NCBI RefSeq assembly: GCF_006345805.1
Contig: NC_043001.1
Coordinates: 61,938,001-62,002,000, forward strand
From: Octopus sinensis
Taxonomy: Eukaryota
Reading direction: 5' to 3'
Length of the DNA: 64,000 nucleotides
Shown here: positions 13,091 through 24,721 of the stretch, piece after piece
How positions within the stretch are numbered: position 1 is the first letter of the stretch
Layout of the letters: every line of letters begins with the position of its first letter
Notes under the pieces: generated by a model
What the model was told of the DNA's origin: nothing
Databases searched by the model: none
The model's input: the letters and a program-made list of their open reading frames with translations, nothing else
Translations under genes and position numbers: made by a program

Positions 13091-14244
13091 ATAAATTTTT
13101 CGAAATCGTTATAACCAAGTAATCTTCTTAAGCACCGATACAGATATATTCGTAAAATGCAAATACTTTCAAGAGCACGTATTAAGTAAATGAGGAAACT
13201 GAAATTCTGCAACAAGGAAATGATGCCTTTATCAAGCTACAAACATATGGTTGATATTCCATTACCTTAGACTTTCTTTGCTCTTTCCACATTTTCCTGC
13301 TTCTATCATTCACCTATATTATTTTTCCTTCTTATATTCACCTTCTAATTCCACTATCCATATTATGTGCCAGTAGGGCACATAATATGGAATATATTTA
13401 CTTACCACAGGCATTCAAAAGATACTTGGTTTTTTCAGTAATTTCAATATTACCACAGGCATTCAATAGAAAATAATACAAAGTTTCGAAGCTTGAGTCA
13501 GTCACCTTCACAGAAGCTAGAGTTTTAGAAAATATTGTTTTCAAAATAATTTTCAAGATTTCCTATACCATTCGGTGTTAAGCATTGTCAAAAGAACGAG
13601 AGTGTGAAAGCAATGGTAGTCCACAATATTATTTAAATTGTACTGTTTTATAAATACAAATACATTGTTCCACATGCTTGGATCGAGTGATATGTCATTT
13701 CTATATTTTTTATATAGTTTTCCTCAAGCATTGTGCAACACACAAACACAGACACACACACACACACATACACACACAAACATGTAAATATATATGGAGA
13801 GGGGGTTATTTATATGTATGTATGCTTGCATGTATGTATGTACGTGTGTATCTGCGTCTGTTGATAGCTAGAGTACATGTCTGTATACGGATACGTATAT
13901 ATAAAATCATATACACAAATGTAAATGTATGCACTCATATATTTATAAGTCTTTATGTGCGAAAAATATCCATGTAATATTGGTAGTGGTGACATTATAC
14001 AATCAAATAAAGTTTGTAAAACGAAAAGATATGAATGAAAACAACACAGATAAACTCTGAACTTCAGTAAGATTTATCTTAATACATTTTCCACATTTTC
14101 CTATTGACAGCATTCTAAGAAACATTCCATTCTTTGGTTCGGGACTAGCTTCTAAGAGGCTAAATTACAGATGCTAACTTTATAGATATTTTTTCGTTGT
14201 TCATGCAAATGCACACAAATACAGAAATACAGACACTTATAAGA

Positions 14245-14367
14245 GTATACATACATACATACATACATACATACATACATGTATGTATATACACGCACAC
14301 ACATATATATATACATAACATATATGTATAGATATTTTGCACATATATATATATTCGTGTATGCGTA

Positions 14368-14464
<97 letters not shown>

Positions 14465-14745
14465 ATGTATATATTATATTCAGCTCATGACAGGTCCATT
14501 AGAATTGCCATGTTGCAAAAATGAAGAAGGTGGAAGGCATTAGCATAGGGCATTGCATTGACAATTTTGTTTAGGAATCAATCATACACATCATGAACTA
14601 AGAAAAATGGACACCATATATATATGTACGTACGTATATATGTATGCATATGTACATGTGTGTATTTATATATATGCATATATAAATGTGCGTGTGTTTC
14701 TGAGTGCCTGTGTATATATATATATATACATATACATACATATAT

Positions 14746-14812
<67 letters not shown>

Positions 14813-14815
14813 GTA

Positions 14816-14867
<52 letters not shown>

Positions 14868-14895
14868 TGTATGTATGTATGTATGTATGTATTAC
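14245..14895. repeat. (TA)n/(TATG)n/(CATA)n microsatellite cluster
   Basis: Directly visible, with a ~140-bp unique interruption. Confidence 0.9.
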
Positions 14896-15595
14896 ACACG
14901 CATTCATGTGGCAGAAATGTTTGTCGTATTTTTGTGCGGGTTACTATTATTATTGCAAAAGATAAAAATATTAAATATCTTAGCATTCGACTGGCAAGAA
15001 TATATCTGTAGATTTTGATATGTAGTGATCAGATAACTTGAAATTTGTTGGGTATAAAGCACAGTTCGGCAATTTTTATAGATCGCTAATACATTTACTT
15101 CAATTACTTGAGAACATATGAAGATATGTTACACGCCTTGTCTGTACTTCAGTGAATGTTAAATGTCAGATATAGAGATACATAAGCACACATATACACA
15201 AATGCACCCGCATACGCAATCAAATGCTAACGTACACTTGGATTTACAAATATTTGCTTTATATATAACTTCTGTTCCTCTACTTCCATCCTTTCTCATC
15301 CTGTTATTTATGTAAGTAAACAGTCATACACACAAATACATGTGGCACATAAACACACGCACAAACAACACACACTTGCGAGCACACATATGAACAAACG
15401 CTATCATATATTTGTGCGTGTGCGTATGCATAACTTAAAACGTCTTTTCCATGTAATCGGCTTGAAAAATTGTTAAGACACTATGAAATTTTCCTACTTT
15501 CCTTAACATGAAACGAATGGTAGCCTTAATTTAAAAATAAAGAAATTGTATCCATCAATGCGATGTTGAGCACTCATTTTCATCGTTCAATATTT

Positions 15596-15597
<2 letters not shown>

Positions 15598-15685
<88 letters not shown>

Positions 15686-15690
15686 CTGTG
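15598..15690. repeat. (GT)n microsatellite
   Basis: Directly visible. Confidence 0.95.
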
Positions 15691-16329
15691 TGTGCACACA
15701 CGAGTGTGTATACACACATAAATCATAAATATATTTAGACAGATATATCATTAATAAAACATAAGTATTATATCATGTTATATTAAATTATATGTCACAA
15801 ACACATTTTAACTAACCTAAAGTTCGCTTATGCATAACTTCTCTTTGGAGCTGCTACTGCTGTAATTTTTTCTGGTGTAAAGCAGTCAATGTTGTTAACT
15901 GTGTTTTAGTTAAAGCTACGAATTTAAGAAAAGAGTTGCCTTTCTTCGGTATTTCCGAATGATAACGGCTAAAGAGCTACAAACGCGTCTGGGAATTCAA
16001 CAGCGGGAAGCACTGAACAGATGTGATGTTCTTACACCTTTTTATCATAAGAGAGAATTTTTTCTCCACGGTAACTGCAGTGAATTTGCCGTTAAAAGTT
16101 GAAATATATCACAAACATGTTTAACTAACCTAATGTTCGGTTATACCTGAACACTGCACGGCGCTGATACTGCTGTAATTATGTGTGTGTGTGTGTGTGT
16201 GTGTGTATTCTTATATATATAAAAAGCGTTTGGTTGGATGTATAAAAGATAAAAAAGTGAAAAAACTACAGAAGACTTGTGTTATAGGGTTAAAGAATAT
16301 ATTTAAATCGTTGTGTTAGAAAAATGTTA

Positions 16330-17690
16330 TAACATTTTGCGTATAGTAACATAGTTTCTGGAGAAATAACCGGTTTCGTATATTCTTTTCAATTTTCTCA
16401 AATTTCTTTACCTATATCGTGTCATATCTTCGCTATGTTGTGAAATATGGAGGTCCAGGCAGGGGAAGGTAATCAGGGATTTTTCCGGTATAAGGGAGAT
16501 AATCAAACATGTTGGGAATGACTAGGCTTGATTAATTTAACATGATTTGGTTTAGAAGGAATAGAATGTTACAAGTGGTTAGGTTTTGCTTTATATTTTT
16601 TAGTGAGGTGAGTTTCCTTATTTAAAAATGTTAGAAATGGTTAAGTTTGGGCTTCAATGAAGAAGGTTTCCTTATTTAATCTAACTTGTGTTGGTGTTCC
16701 AATGGTACATTGATAGAATGGAAAGATTACAAATTATGGTAGCAGTTGCTTTGCGCATTTCTCAATACGTTCACTAAAGGGTATCATACTGTATTCTGGG
16801 AATGCAATCTGCTGTCGCTGCAGAGTGCATCTGCGTCTGAGCAATAATCCCGTGGACTCTATGTAGTTTCGGTGGCAGCCCGAGCATCTTATGACATAAA
16901 TCAGGTTTTCTGAAGCACAAGTGAAGTCAGATTTGATATTGAATTTTTGTCCCTCTTTGAAGAGAAATTCTGATCCTTCTAGGTTTTGGACATGTTGCGC
17001 AATTTGGTCTACTACATTTTTTCACTTTTGCATCCGTTATTTTAGAAAATAATTTTGCCTTTGTGAGGATCTTTTTTAGTGATTTCGGTTATTTGTAGCT
17101 TTTAATGATTTTATGTATGCGTAAAATTTCCTTTAATTTGGGATAATTATGTAGCATTGGTAAACTGTGGGTGATGATGGTGAAGGCTTCTTTGTTTCTG
17201 GGGTTGTATGTGGATATGTATGGCAGTATTTTCGGGGAAGGTGTGTTGCTGTGTTGAACTTTTCTTAAGGTTTCTATGTCGATTTGTGTTGCATGTCTGA
17301 TTCCATCCTCTATGAATTTAGCTGGGTAGTGTCTGTCGGTTAGGGTGTTTTTGAGTTCTTGCAGTCTTAGGTTTCTGTATTTTGTTGTCACTATTGTGCA
17401 AATCCTTCTTGCAAGGTTGCAGGGGATGTTTGTTTTGATGTGTCCTGGGTGGCATGAATTAAACAGTAGATATTGTTTGGTGTCTGTGGTTTTGTAAAAT
17501 ATATCCGTTTGTATTTTTGGTTTATTTTTTAATTAGTATATTTAAGAATGGAAGCTCCTTTTGGTTGTACTCCATTGTGAACTGTAGTTGACGCTGTTCA
17601 ATAGGCTTTTGAAATTTTGGAGTTTATCTGTGTTTTCATTCCAGAGTATGAAACAACTGTCTAGGAATCTTTTCAAGTTAGGTTTACTTA
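16330..17690 (-). mobile_element. Penelope-like element remnant (RT C-terminus, linker, GIY-YIG), Neptune-like
   Basis: Minus strand: KRFLDSCFILW, FTMEYNQKELPFLNI, TDIFYKTTDTKQYLLFNSCHPGHIKTNIPCNLARRICTIV, LPYISTYNP, KKCSRPNCATC, FTCASENLIYVIRCSGCHRNYIEST. The Cys-rich linker points to Neptune (inference). Confidence 0.85.
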
Positions 17691-18240
17691 CGTAAAGACT
17701 TTTATAAAAATAATATGATCAGTAGGATAGAACACCATAGAAAGGAATAAACAGTTTAATCACTAAAAACCATGATGAAGTATATATACCTTATTACCAT
17801 CAAATGAGAAGAGAAAATTATATAGAATTTGTTTAATAATTCGATCATTTAAACTAAAATTATTTATTTATTAGGTGATATCTATAAAGACTGATACCTG
17901 GTATTTACTAGAGGAATATTGAGGCTATAGAACATGCTAACTATATATTAATTATAAACTGAGAGGTATAATATAAGTTTTAAAAGTTTCTAGTATTAAT
18001 ACATGCATGATAATATAGTTGCTTAATGGTACTTAATTAGGAGGGCTACTTACATAAAGGCCTTTATAAAAATAATAGTATGATCAGGAGGGTGGGACAT
18101 TATAGAAAGGGATAAATAGAATTAATTACTAAAACATGATGAAGTTTGACTAATTAGGCAGTAATATTCATAGGATAGTATACTAACTCCATGTATCACA
18201 CTAACTTACTATACTATATAGTTTATATTATATACAAAGT

Positions 18241-18424
18241 ATTTTAAGTAGCTTGCTTACGAACCACATGGTTCCGGGTTCAGTCCCACAGCGTGGCACC
18301 TTGGGCAAGTGTCTTCTACTATAGCCTCGGGTCGACCAAAGCCTTGTGAGTGGATTTGGTAGACGGAAACTGAAAGAATCCCGTCGTGTATATGTATATA
18401 TATATATGTGTATAAATATACATG

Positions 18425-18494
<70 letters not shown>

Positions 18495-18715
18495 TGTCTG
18501 TGTTTGTCCCCCCCCCCCTTAACATCGCTTGACAACCGATGCTGGTGTGTTTACGTCCCCGTAACCTAGCGGTTCGGCAAAAGACACCGATAGAATAAGT
18601 ACTAGGCTTCCGTAGAATAAGTCCTGAGGTCCATTTGCTCGACTAAAGGCGGTGCTCCAGCATGGCCGCAATGAAATGAGTGAAACAAGTAAGAGAATAA
18701 AAGAATAAAAGAATA
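18241..18715 (+). mobile_element. tRNA-derived SINE (octopod type) with an internal microsatellite
   Basis: B-box-like GGTTCAGTCCC, then GGCACCTTGGGCAAGTGTCTTCTACTATAGCC, an internal (TA)/(GT)n tract and an (AAAGAATA)n tail. A second head is at 58295-58435. Confidence 0.75.
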
Positions 18716-19474
18716 TATAGAACTAGAGGGTAAGAATAATTAGACCCAACACTAAAAATATTAAAAGTTAGTTTCCATCAATTCAGTTCGAGCGCAAGAC
18801 CTATAAAGTGCTACTTTCGAAAATATCTAAAAGTACGGGTGACACTATGTCTAATATATTGTTAATCAGGTTACCCTTGTCTTTATGCTTTAAAATTTCA
18901 TGTTTCCATAGAGCACAATTCACAACCGCATCTACTATTTCTATAAAGCTGCGCTTTTCTTATTATTTCCCATTTAAGGCTAAACTCAATTCCGCTTCCC
19001 TTCAGTTCCTAAATCTTGCTACAGCTGGTTATTAGTGACATACATTTTCTCTGGTAGACCAAGGGTTAAACGGACAATATTTTAATGTTTTTTTTAAAAT
19101 TATTTTCAAGTGAATACCATTACAAATGTTTTTGATATGTTTAAAAAAAGATTCTAAAGTGAAAATGACTTTTAAAATACGGTAGATATTTCATAAAAGA
19201 CCCGTTTGTAACCTCAGTGTGAAAGAGTTTTTTTCGAGTGCATTCAAAGTATCTTACATCCAAAGATCTCGTCGCTGTTTCTAGCACGCCCTGCTACCAC
19301 GTAACAGCTATTTGCGATAAAGGACCCGAAATACCTGTTACGTGATAGCAGGACGTGCAAGAAATAGCAGCCAAATCTTTCCAAACCACGAAACAAAACT
19401 CTGTTGCTGGGAAACTCAGAGCTTCCAGGTTACCCAACGAGTCACGGGTAGTCTAGTTAGCTATAAAATACAGT

Positions 19475-19755
19475 TTTCATTGCATCTTTTAAATGACTGT
19501 GGTGAAATTACTCTAAAATACGACCTAAACATGATTTTTCTGTGATTTCATCTTCTGCCTCCACAAGGAGGGACGGGGGTATATTGTAATTTACATGAGA
19601 AATTTTCTGAATTTGATAAATTGCAAAATTTACGATATTTTTGCATATTTTGAGGCGCTTGTGGAGGCAGAAGATGAAGTCACAGAAAAAAGACATGTTA
19701 AAGTCGTACTTTAGAGTAATTTCATCACAGTCATTTAAAAGAAGATGCAATGAAA
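19475..19755. repeat. Foldback / MITE-like inverted repeat (~95-bp arms, 90-bp spacer)
   Basis: 19475-19567 is the reverse complement of 19658-19755 with a few mismatches. Confidence 0.85.
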
Positions 19756-20432
19756 GCAGTATTTCATAGCTAATAATTACGTAATGGCGTTTTTTACACT
19801 TTTTCCAGTTTTCGTTGCATTTATGGAGACAGAAGATATTGTCGCATTCACAACTTTTCTGCACGAAATTGAAAATCGCGAAAAAACGCTACACCCTAAT
19901 ATATATATTATATTATATTATATCATATTTATAATATATTGTATTATCAACCACACGAAGTATATACGTTAGTATATGTGGTTCATAATGTTGCTATACT
20001 AGCGCTGATTCTATTTCATATTTGAATTTATTCTTACGTAAGCATTATCCGGACATACCTGCACATAGTTTTCACGATATATGTATATAAGTCGTGGACT
20101 CGTGATATGATTCATCGCCGATCCTGTTTGGGTGCATGATGTTGATAAACCATAAAAATGGCAAAGCATTGATATCTAAATGGGAGGAGAGATGAGTTAT
20201 CTCGCCTGTTCATGACTTTCAGCTGTTTCAACACTCGGCGCTTTGAGAGAGTATTCTTCACCACGCCAATTCTTAGCCTACCTGCAAATACACTTGCCGC
20301 ATACGTTAAGTATATGTGGTTGATAATGTTTATTACTCTGGCGCTGCTTCAGTTTCATAATTAGATACATTATATTATATATACACTATATACATATTAT
20401 ATTATACATATATATATATATATATATATACC

Positions 20433-23107
20433 GAAAAGAATTTTAGAAGAATTTTTAAAAGTAGAAAAAGCCCACCTCAGAACCCATTCCTGGAGAACTT
20501 TGAGAAAGACTTGCTGAATCTTATAGATGATATTAGCTTCAATGAACACCCGTTAAGATATAACCCTCATCTTAGACACCTTAGGAACTTTATTCAGTCA
20601 ACCCGGTGCAAACATGGAATCCTAGTACCAGCAGATAAAACGGGTAATATGTATAGAGTTGATTACGATATTTATAGCAAATTAATTAGGAAAGAACTAA
20701 ACTCCAAATATAAAATTACAACTAAGAACAATTTGAAAAAAGTAAACATGGAAATGAAAGAGATCATGGAGAAACTAAATTTAACAGATAGAACGGAGCC
20801 ACTTAAACCCTGTGAGCCCAGGATCAACCTTAAAGACCACAAAAAGGACTTCTTGGATAACCCTTCGGTAAGGCTGATCTGTCCAACTAGGTCGGACATT
20901 GGCCGACTTAGTAAATCTATCCTGGATACTGTTCTACCCCAAATAACCCCTCTTCTCCCCTTAAACCTATGGCTAAGTACCGACGAAGTTCTAAAATGGT
21001 TTAACTCTCTAACTAATACTAGTAGTCTGTCCTTTATTCAGTTCGATATTAATAGTTATTACTCTAGCATTTCCCCTATCTTACTCAACAAATCACTAAT
21101 ATTTGCCATGAATCGCTCCCTCATAACTAGAGAAGAAATCAATATTGTGCTACTAGCTAGGAAGACATTTATTGAATTTGAAGATAAATTATGGACTAGA
21201 GCAGATACACCAAATTTTTTTGATATACCAATGGGTTCCAGTGATTCGGCTGAGGTAACCAACCTAGTAGGCGCATATCTATTAAAATGCATAAGCAAGG
21301 ATATCCCAGAAATACAGGGGGGCCTATATAGGGATGATGCTCTGTTTGTTATCCCTAGTAATAATAAATCTGTTATAGAAAGGATTAGAAAGAAAATTAA
21401 TAAGTTCTTTAAGGATTTCAACCTCAGTATAACGTATGAACCGGGCACTAAAATAGCTAATTTCCTAGATATTACCCTAGACCTTAACTCCAAGCTACAT
21501 TACCCATTTAGAAAGGAAGGCGAAGTCACGAATTACGTAAATAAATTATCAAATCATCCCCCAAATATAATAGAATCTTTAGTAAGAAATATTTCATTAA
21601 GAATTTCAAAATTATCATCCAATAAGGATATATTTAACTCCCATTCTGAGCATTATAATGCGGCGTTAACTAAGGCTGGATACAACCAAAAGATTACATT
21701 CGTTGATAAGGGGAACTCACGTATTCCTAATAATGAAGTTATCAGTAATCACGTAAGCAGCAAAAAAGACCAAGCCCGAAATAAAAGTAGAATTAAATTA
21801 ACGGTAAACGCTCATCTAGAGTACAGGCCCAACAATTCAAATAGAAGCATTGACCAGAACATAGGTAACTCGGATAATATTGAAGTAGATAAACCTAAGA
21901 TGCACACAAATAAAAATAAAAATAATGGTAATAAATACAATAACTCCGGTGAGATGAATAGTAGTAATTCTACGAACCCTAAATTTTATAAAAAAGATAT
22001 ATTATGGCTGAATATTCCTTTCAACTGTGCGATACAATCGGATATACAGAACAAATTCAAAGTGATTCTGGAAAAAAATTTCCCTATCTCTCATAGATAT
22101 CATAGAATTATTTCTAGGAAAACAGTTAGGATTTCTTATTCAACCCTCCCAAATATGTCCACTTAATAGCTAAAATTAATAATAACAACATTAAACTAGC
22201 CAGGAAAGATAGAAATAAAAATAATAATATCAGCATGAATACCAATAGCAATAACAATAATACTACCAACAATAAAAACAGCAATAGGAACTATCAAAAC
22301 ATAGGTGAAATTAGTAACCACAGAATGACTAATAACATTAACATTAATAGTAATAATAACAATGCCGATATTAATAGAAGTAATATTGTTAATAATAGAA
22401 ATAATAGAAATAAGGCTAATGGAGAAAATAAGGAGAATGAAAATATCAGTGATATCTATAACAATAATATGCAGTTGGATAAAAAGACTAACAATAATAA
22501 TAACATTACGAATAATATAAGAAATCTTGGTAGGACTTTACACCTAAATGATGAAACAGAAGGATCAATAAATAATAGCAATACTTTAGATATCAGCACC
22601 AACTATAGAAATGATAATCAAAATAATAGGAACCTAAAACATCTACCCAAGAATAATCCAAGGCCTGAAGTTGTTCCTCCTGTGTGTAAGTGTAGAATAA
22701 AATCAAAATGCCCGGCACCTGGTCTATGTAGGGAAAATAATGTAATCTATAAATGTACCATATCCACGGAGAATAACAAATATTTTTACATTGGCTGTAC
22801 AATTAATTTTTTAGCCAGAGTTAGAAATCACATCTCGACTTTTAAATTACGTCATAAAGCTGGTACCACCACACTTTCAAACAAAATCTGGGAACTCAAA
22901 AATAATAATAAAAATTATACCCTTAATTGGGAAATAGTTAGGAGAGCAATTCCGTATAAAAATAGTAGGGTTGGTTGTCAACTATGCTCCATGGAGACGT
23001 ACGAAATTCTAAAGCATAGTAAACATGGAAACTTATTGAATAACCATATCGAACTAGGTCAAGTTTGTGTCCACGCTAAATTGAAGACTTTAAAATATTT
23101 TAAATGA
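20433..23107 (+). pseudogene. PLE RT-GIY-YIG polyprotein, copy 1 (one 1-nt frameshift near 22163)
   Basis: ORFs 20511-22166 and 22235-23107 join into one frame if the extra T seen in copy 2 (TCCACTTTAATAG) is restored, giving ~890 codons. The frameshift may be a sequencing error. Confidence 0.9.
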
Positions 23108-24554
23108 TTGGAATATTCGTAACTAGATAGATAGATATAACTTGATTTCTACTAGTATAGCACTGCTTTAAGTAGATAACTAAGAGTTCTCACATTACAG
23201 TTATCTTTTTCCTTATATCTGCATCAGTTTTTTGAGAACAGGGAAATGAATAGTACTTATTCGCTACTTAATTGAGGCTTTATTTAATTTCAAACTCACA
23301 ATTTTTAAATTCTTAATTTTAAATCTTAATTGTAATATTTAATTTTAATCCCTAACTTAATCTAATTTAAGTAGCATAACTCTAATAAATTATAATGAGT
23401 TACTGTAGCCCCATAATTCTATTTCAAAATTAAATAAATAAGGCTATTCCCTCGGTGATAATATGATTATCTTCATTATGATAGACAATCCCCTAACACC
23501 TTGTAAATGATCTTATAAGATTTGACCTGTAGTCAGTCAATGTATGAATAATAACGACAACTCCTTAAGACAATAAAATGAATAAATTAAATAAGTAAAT
23601 TTTTAATGACTTTTTGATAAGATTATACTTAGATTTTCCTAATGTATTTTCTGATGATTTTAGCATCTGACCCCTTAACCCCTGACTGTGTTATCTCTTT
23701 AGATTCTCTTTAAACTCATAGCTGATTTCAACAGCAATAAATTAACGGTTACTGGTCAAAGAATAACATTCTCCTCTAGTTCCTAGATGCCTGTTGATTA
23801 AAACCAGACTTGCAGTCTACTAACTCTTCTGTATAACTAGAACCCTCTTTTTTTCTTTTTCTTTTTTTCCCTTCTTTCCCTATTTCTTTCTCTTTTCTCT
23901 TTTTTCTTTTTCTTCTTCTTATTCTCTGTTTCCTTTTCTCTTCTCTTTTAGTCCCCCTTCCCCCCCCCCTTTTTGCTCCCTCCTCCATTATTTTCTCTCT
24001 TTTCTTCTATTCCCTTCTCTATTCTTGGCCGCTCTAGAAAGCCCTTCAGCCTTTAAGAGTTAAATAGCTACAGCCTCTTGTGAATAGCAGTAATGTGATT
24101 AATATGGCAAATACCTAATCATATAACAAGGATTGATACCTACCTCATTGTGTTCAACCATTGAAAAATTTATCGCCTGTGAATATGAAATTCATCTCCA
24201 TTTCTCTAGAAATTTACATCTACACCATTGGAATTTGTGCATCTATACAAAGGATTTATTCACCCTCTCTGTAATGCTAATAAGCAGGAATTGAGACCCA
24301 CCTCGTTGTAATTAACAATGGATAAATTTGTCTTCTGTGAGTATATAATCCCTCATCATATCTATGGAAATTCATATGGATTAGGTCACCTTCTCTGTGA
24401 TGCTATCAAAACTTTTTAAAATTCTGTGATAAGACTGTACATCATCTTTAAAGAACTTTAATGAACTTTAGAAATCTGTTTATGTTAATTAATTATCTAC
24501 ATTACTTCATGAGTATAGCCTCAAACACTAGGATGTCTAGAGAACTCACATGTA

Positions 24555-24645
24555 TTTTAGCTGATGAGTACGGGACTCGTTTATATGCTGTAATCTTTGC
24601 AACTTTTAATAAAACCTGTCCTTGTATGAAACGATCGTACTAAAA
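24555..24645 (+). ncRNA. Type I hammerhead ribozyme, PLE copy 1
   Basis: Stem I TTTTAG/CTAAAA; core CTGATGA 24561-67; stem II GTACGGGAC/GTCCTTGTAT; GAAA 24628-31; palindromic stem III CGATCG; GUA cleavage site after 24639. Confidence 0.85.
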
Positions 24646-24681
24646 ACCTATCCATTCTTGTTGCTTCTTTCTCGCGTATAT

Positions 24682-24719
<38 letters not shown>

Positions 24720-24721
24720 CC

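Larger units (their letters stand above)
20431..24676 (+). mobile_element. Penelope-like retroelement copy 1 (RT plus C-terminal GIY-YIG), 5'-truncated, in (TA)n
   Basis: FKSRKSPPQ, FDINSYYSSI, FDIPMGSSDSAEVTNLVG, GLYRDDAL, FLDITLDL, SNHPP, CKCRIKSKC, NVIYKC...YIGCT, CQLC. Flanked by (TA)n; hammerhead near the 3' end. Confidence 0.95.

Noticed and set aside
18241-18300. tRNA gene
   Set aside because: Only a B-box-like motif in a SINE head; no cloverleaf.
20211-20270. Minus-strand hammerhead-like GTGAAGA...GAAACAGCTGAA
   Set aside because: Core C3 and the cleavage-site U are both wrong and stem I is absent; at best a fossil.
20672-21493. Antisense ORFs over the PLE RT (and their duplicates at 24960-25781)
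   Set aside because: Shadow frames of the coding strand, with no motifs.
23651-23760. Second hammerhead starting at CTGATGA 23651 (and its copy-2 equivalent)
   Set aside because: No stem II/GAAA/UH arrangement follows.
23776-23988. Lys/Arg-rich minus-strand ORF (also 28065-28277)
   Set aside because: Translation of the polypyrimidine tract.
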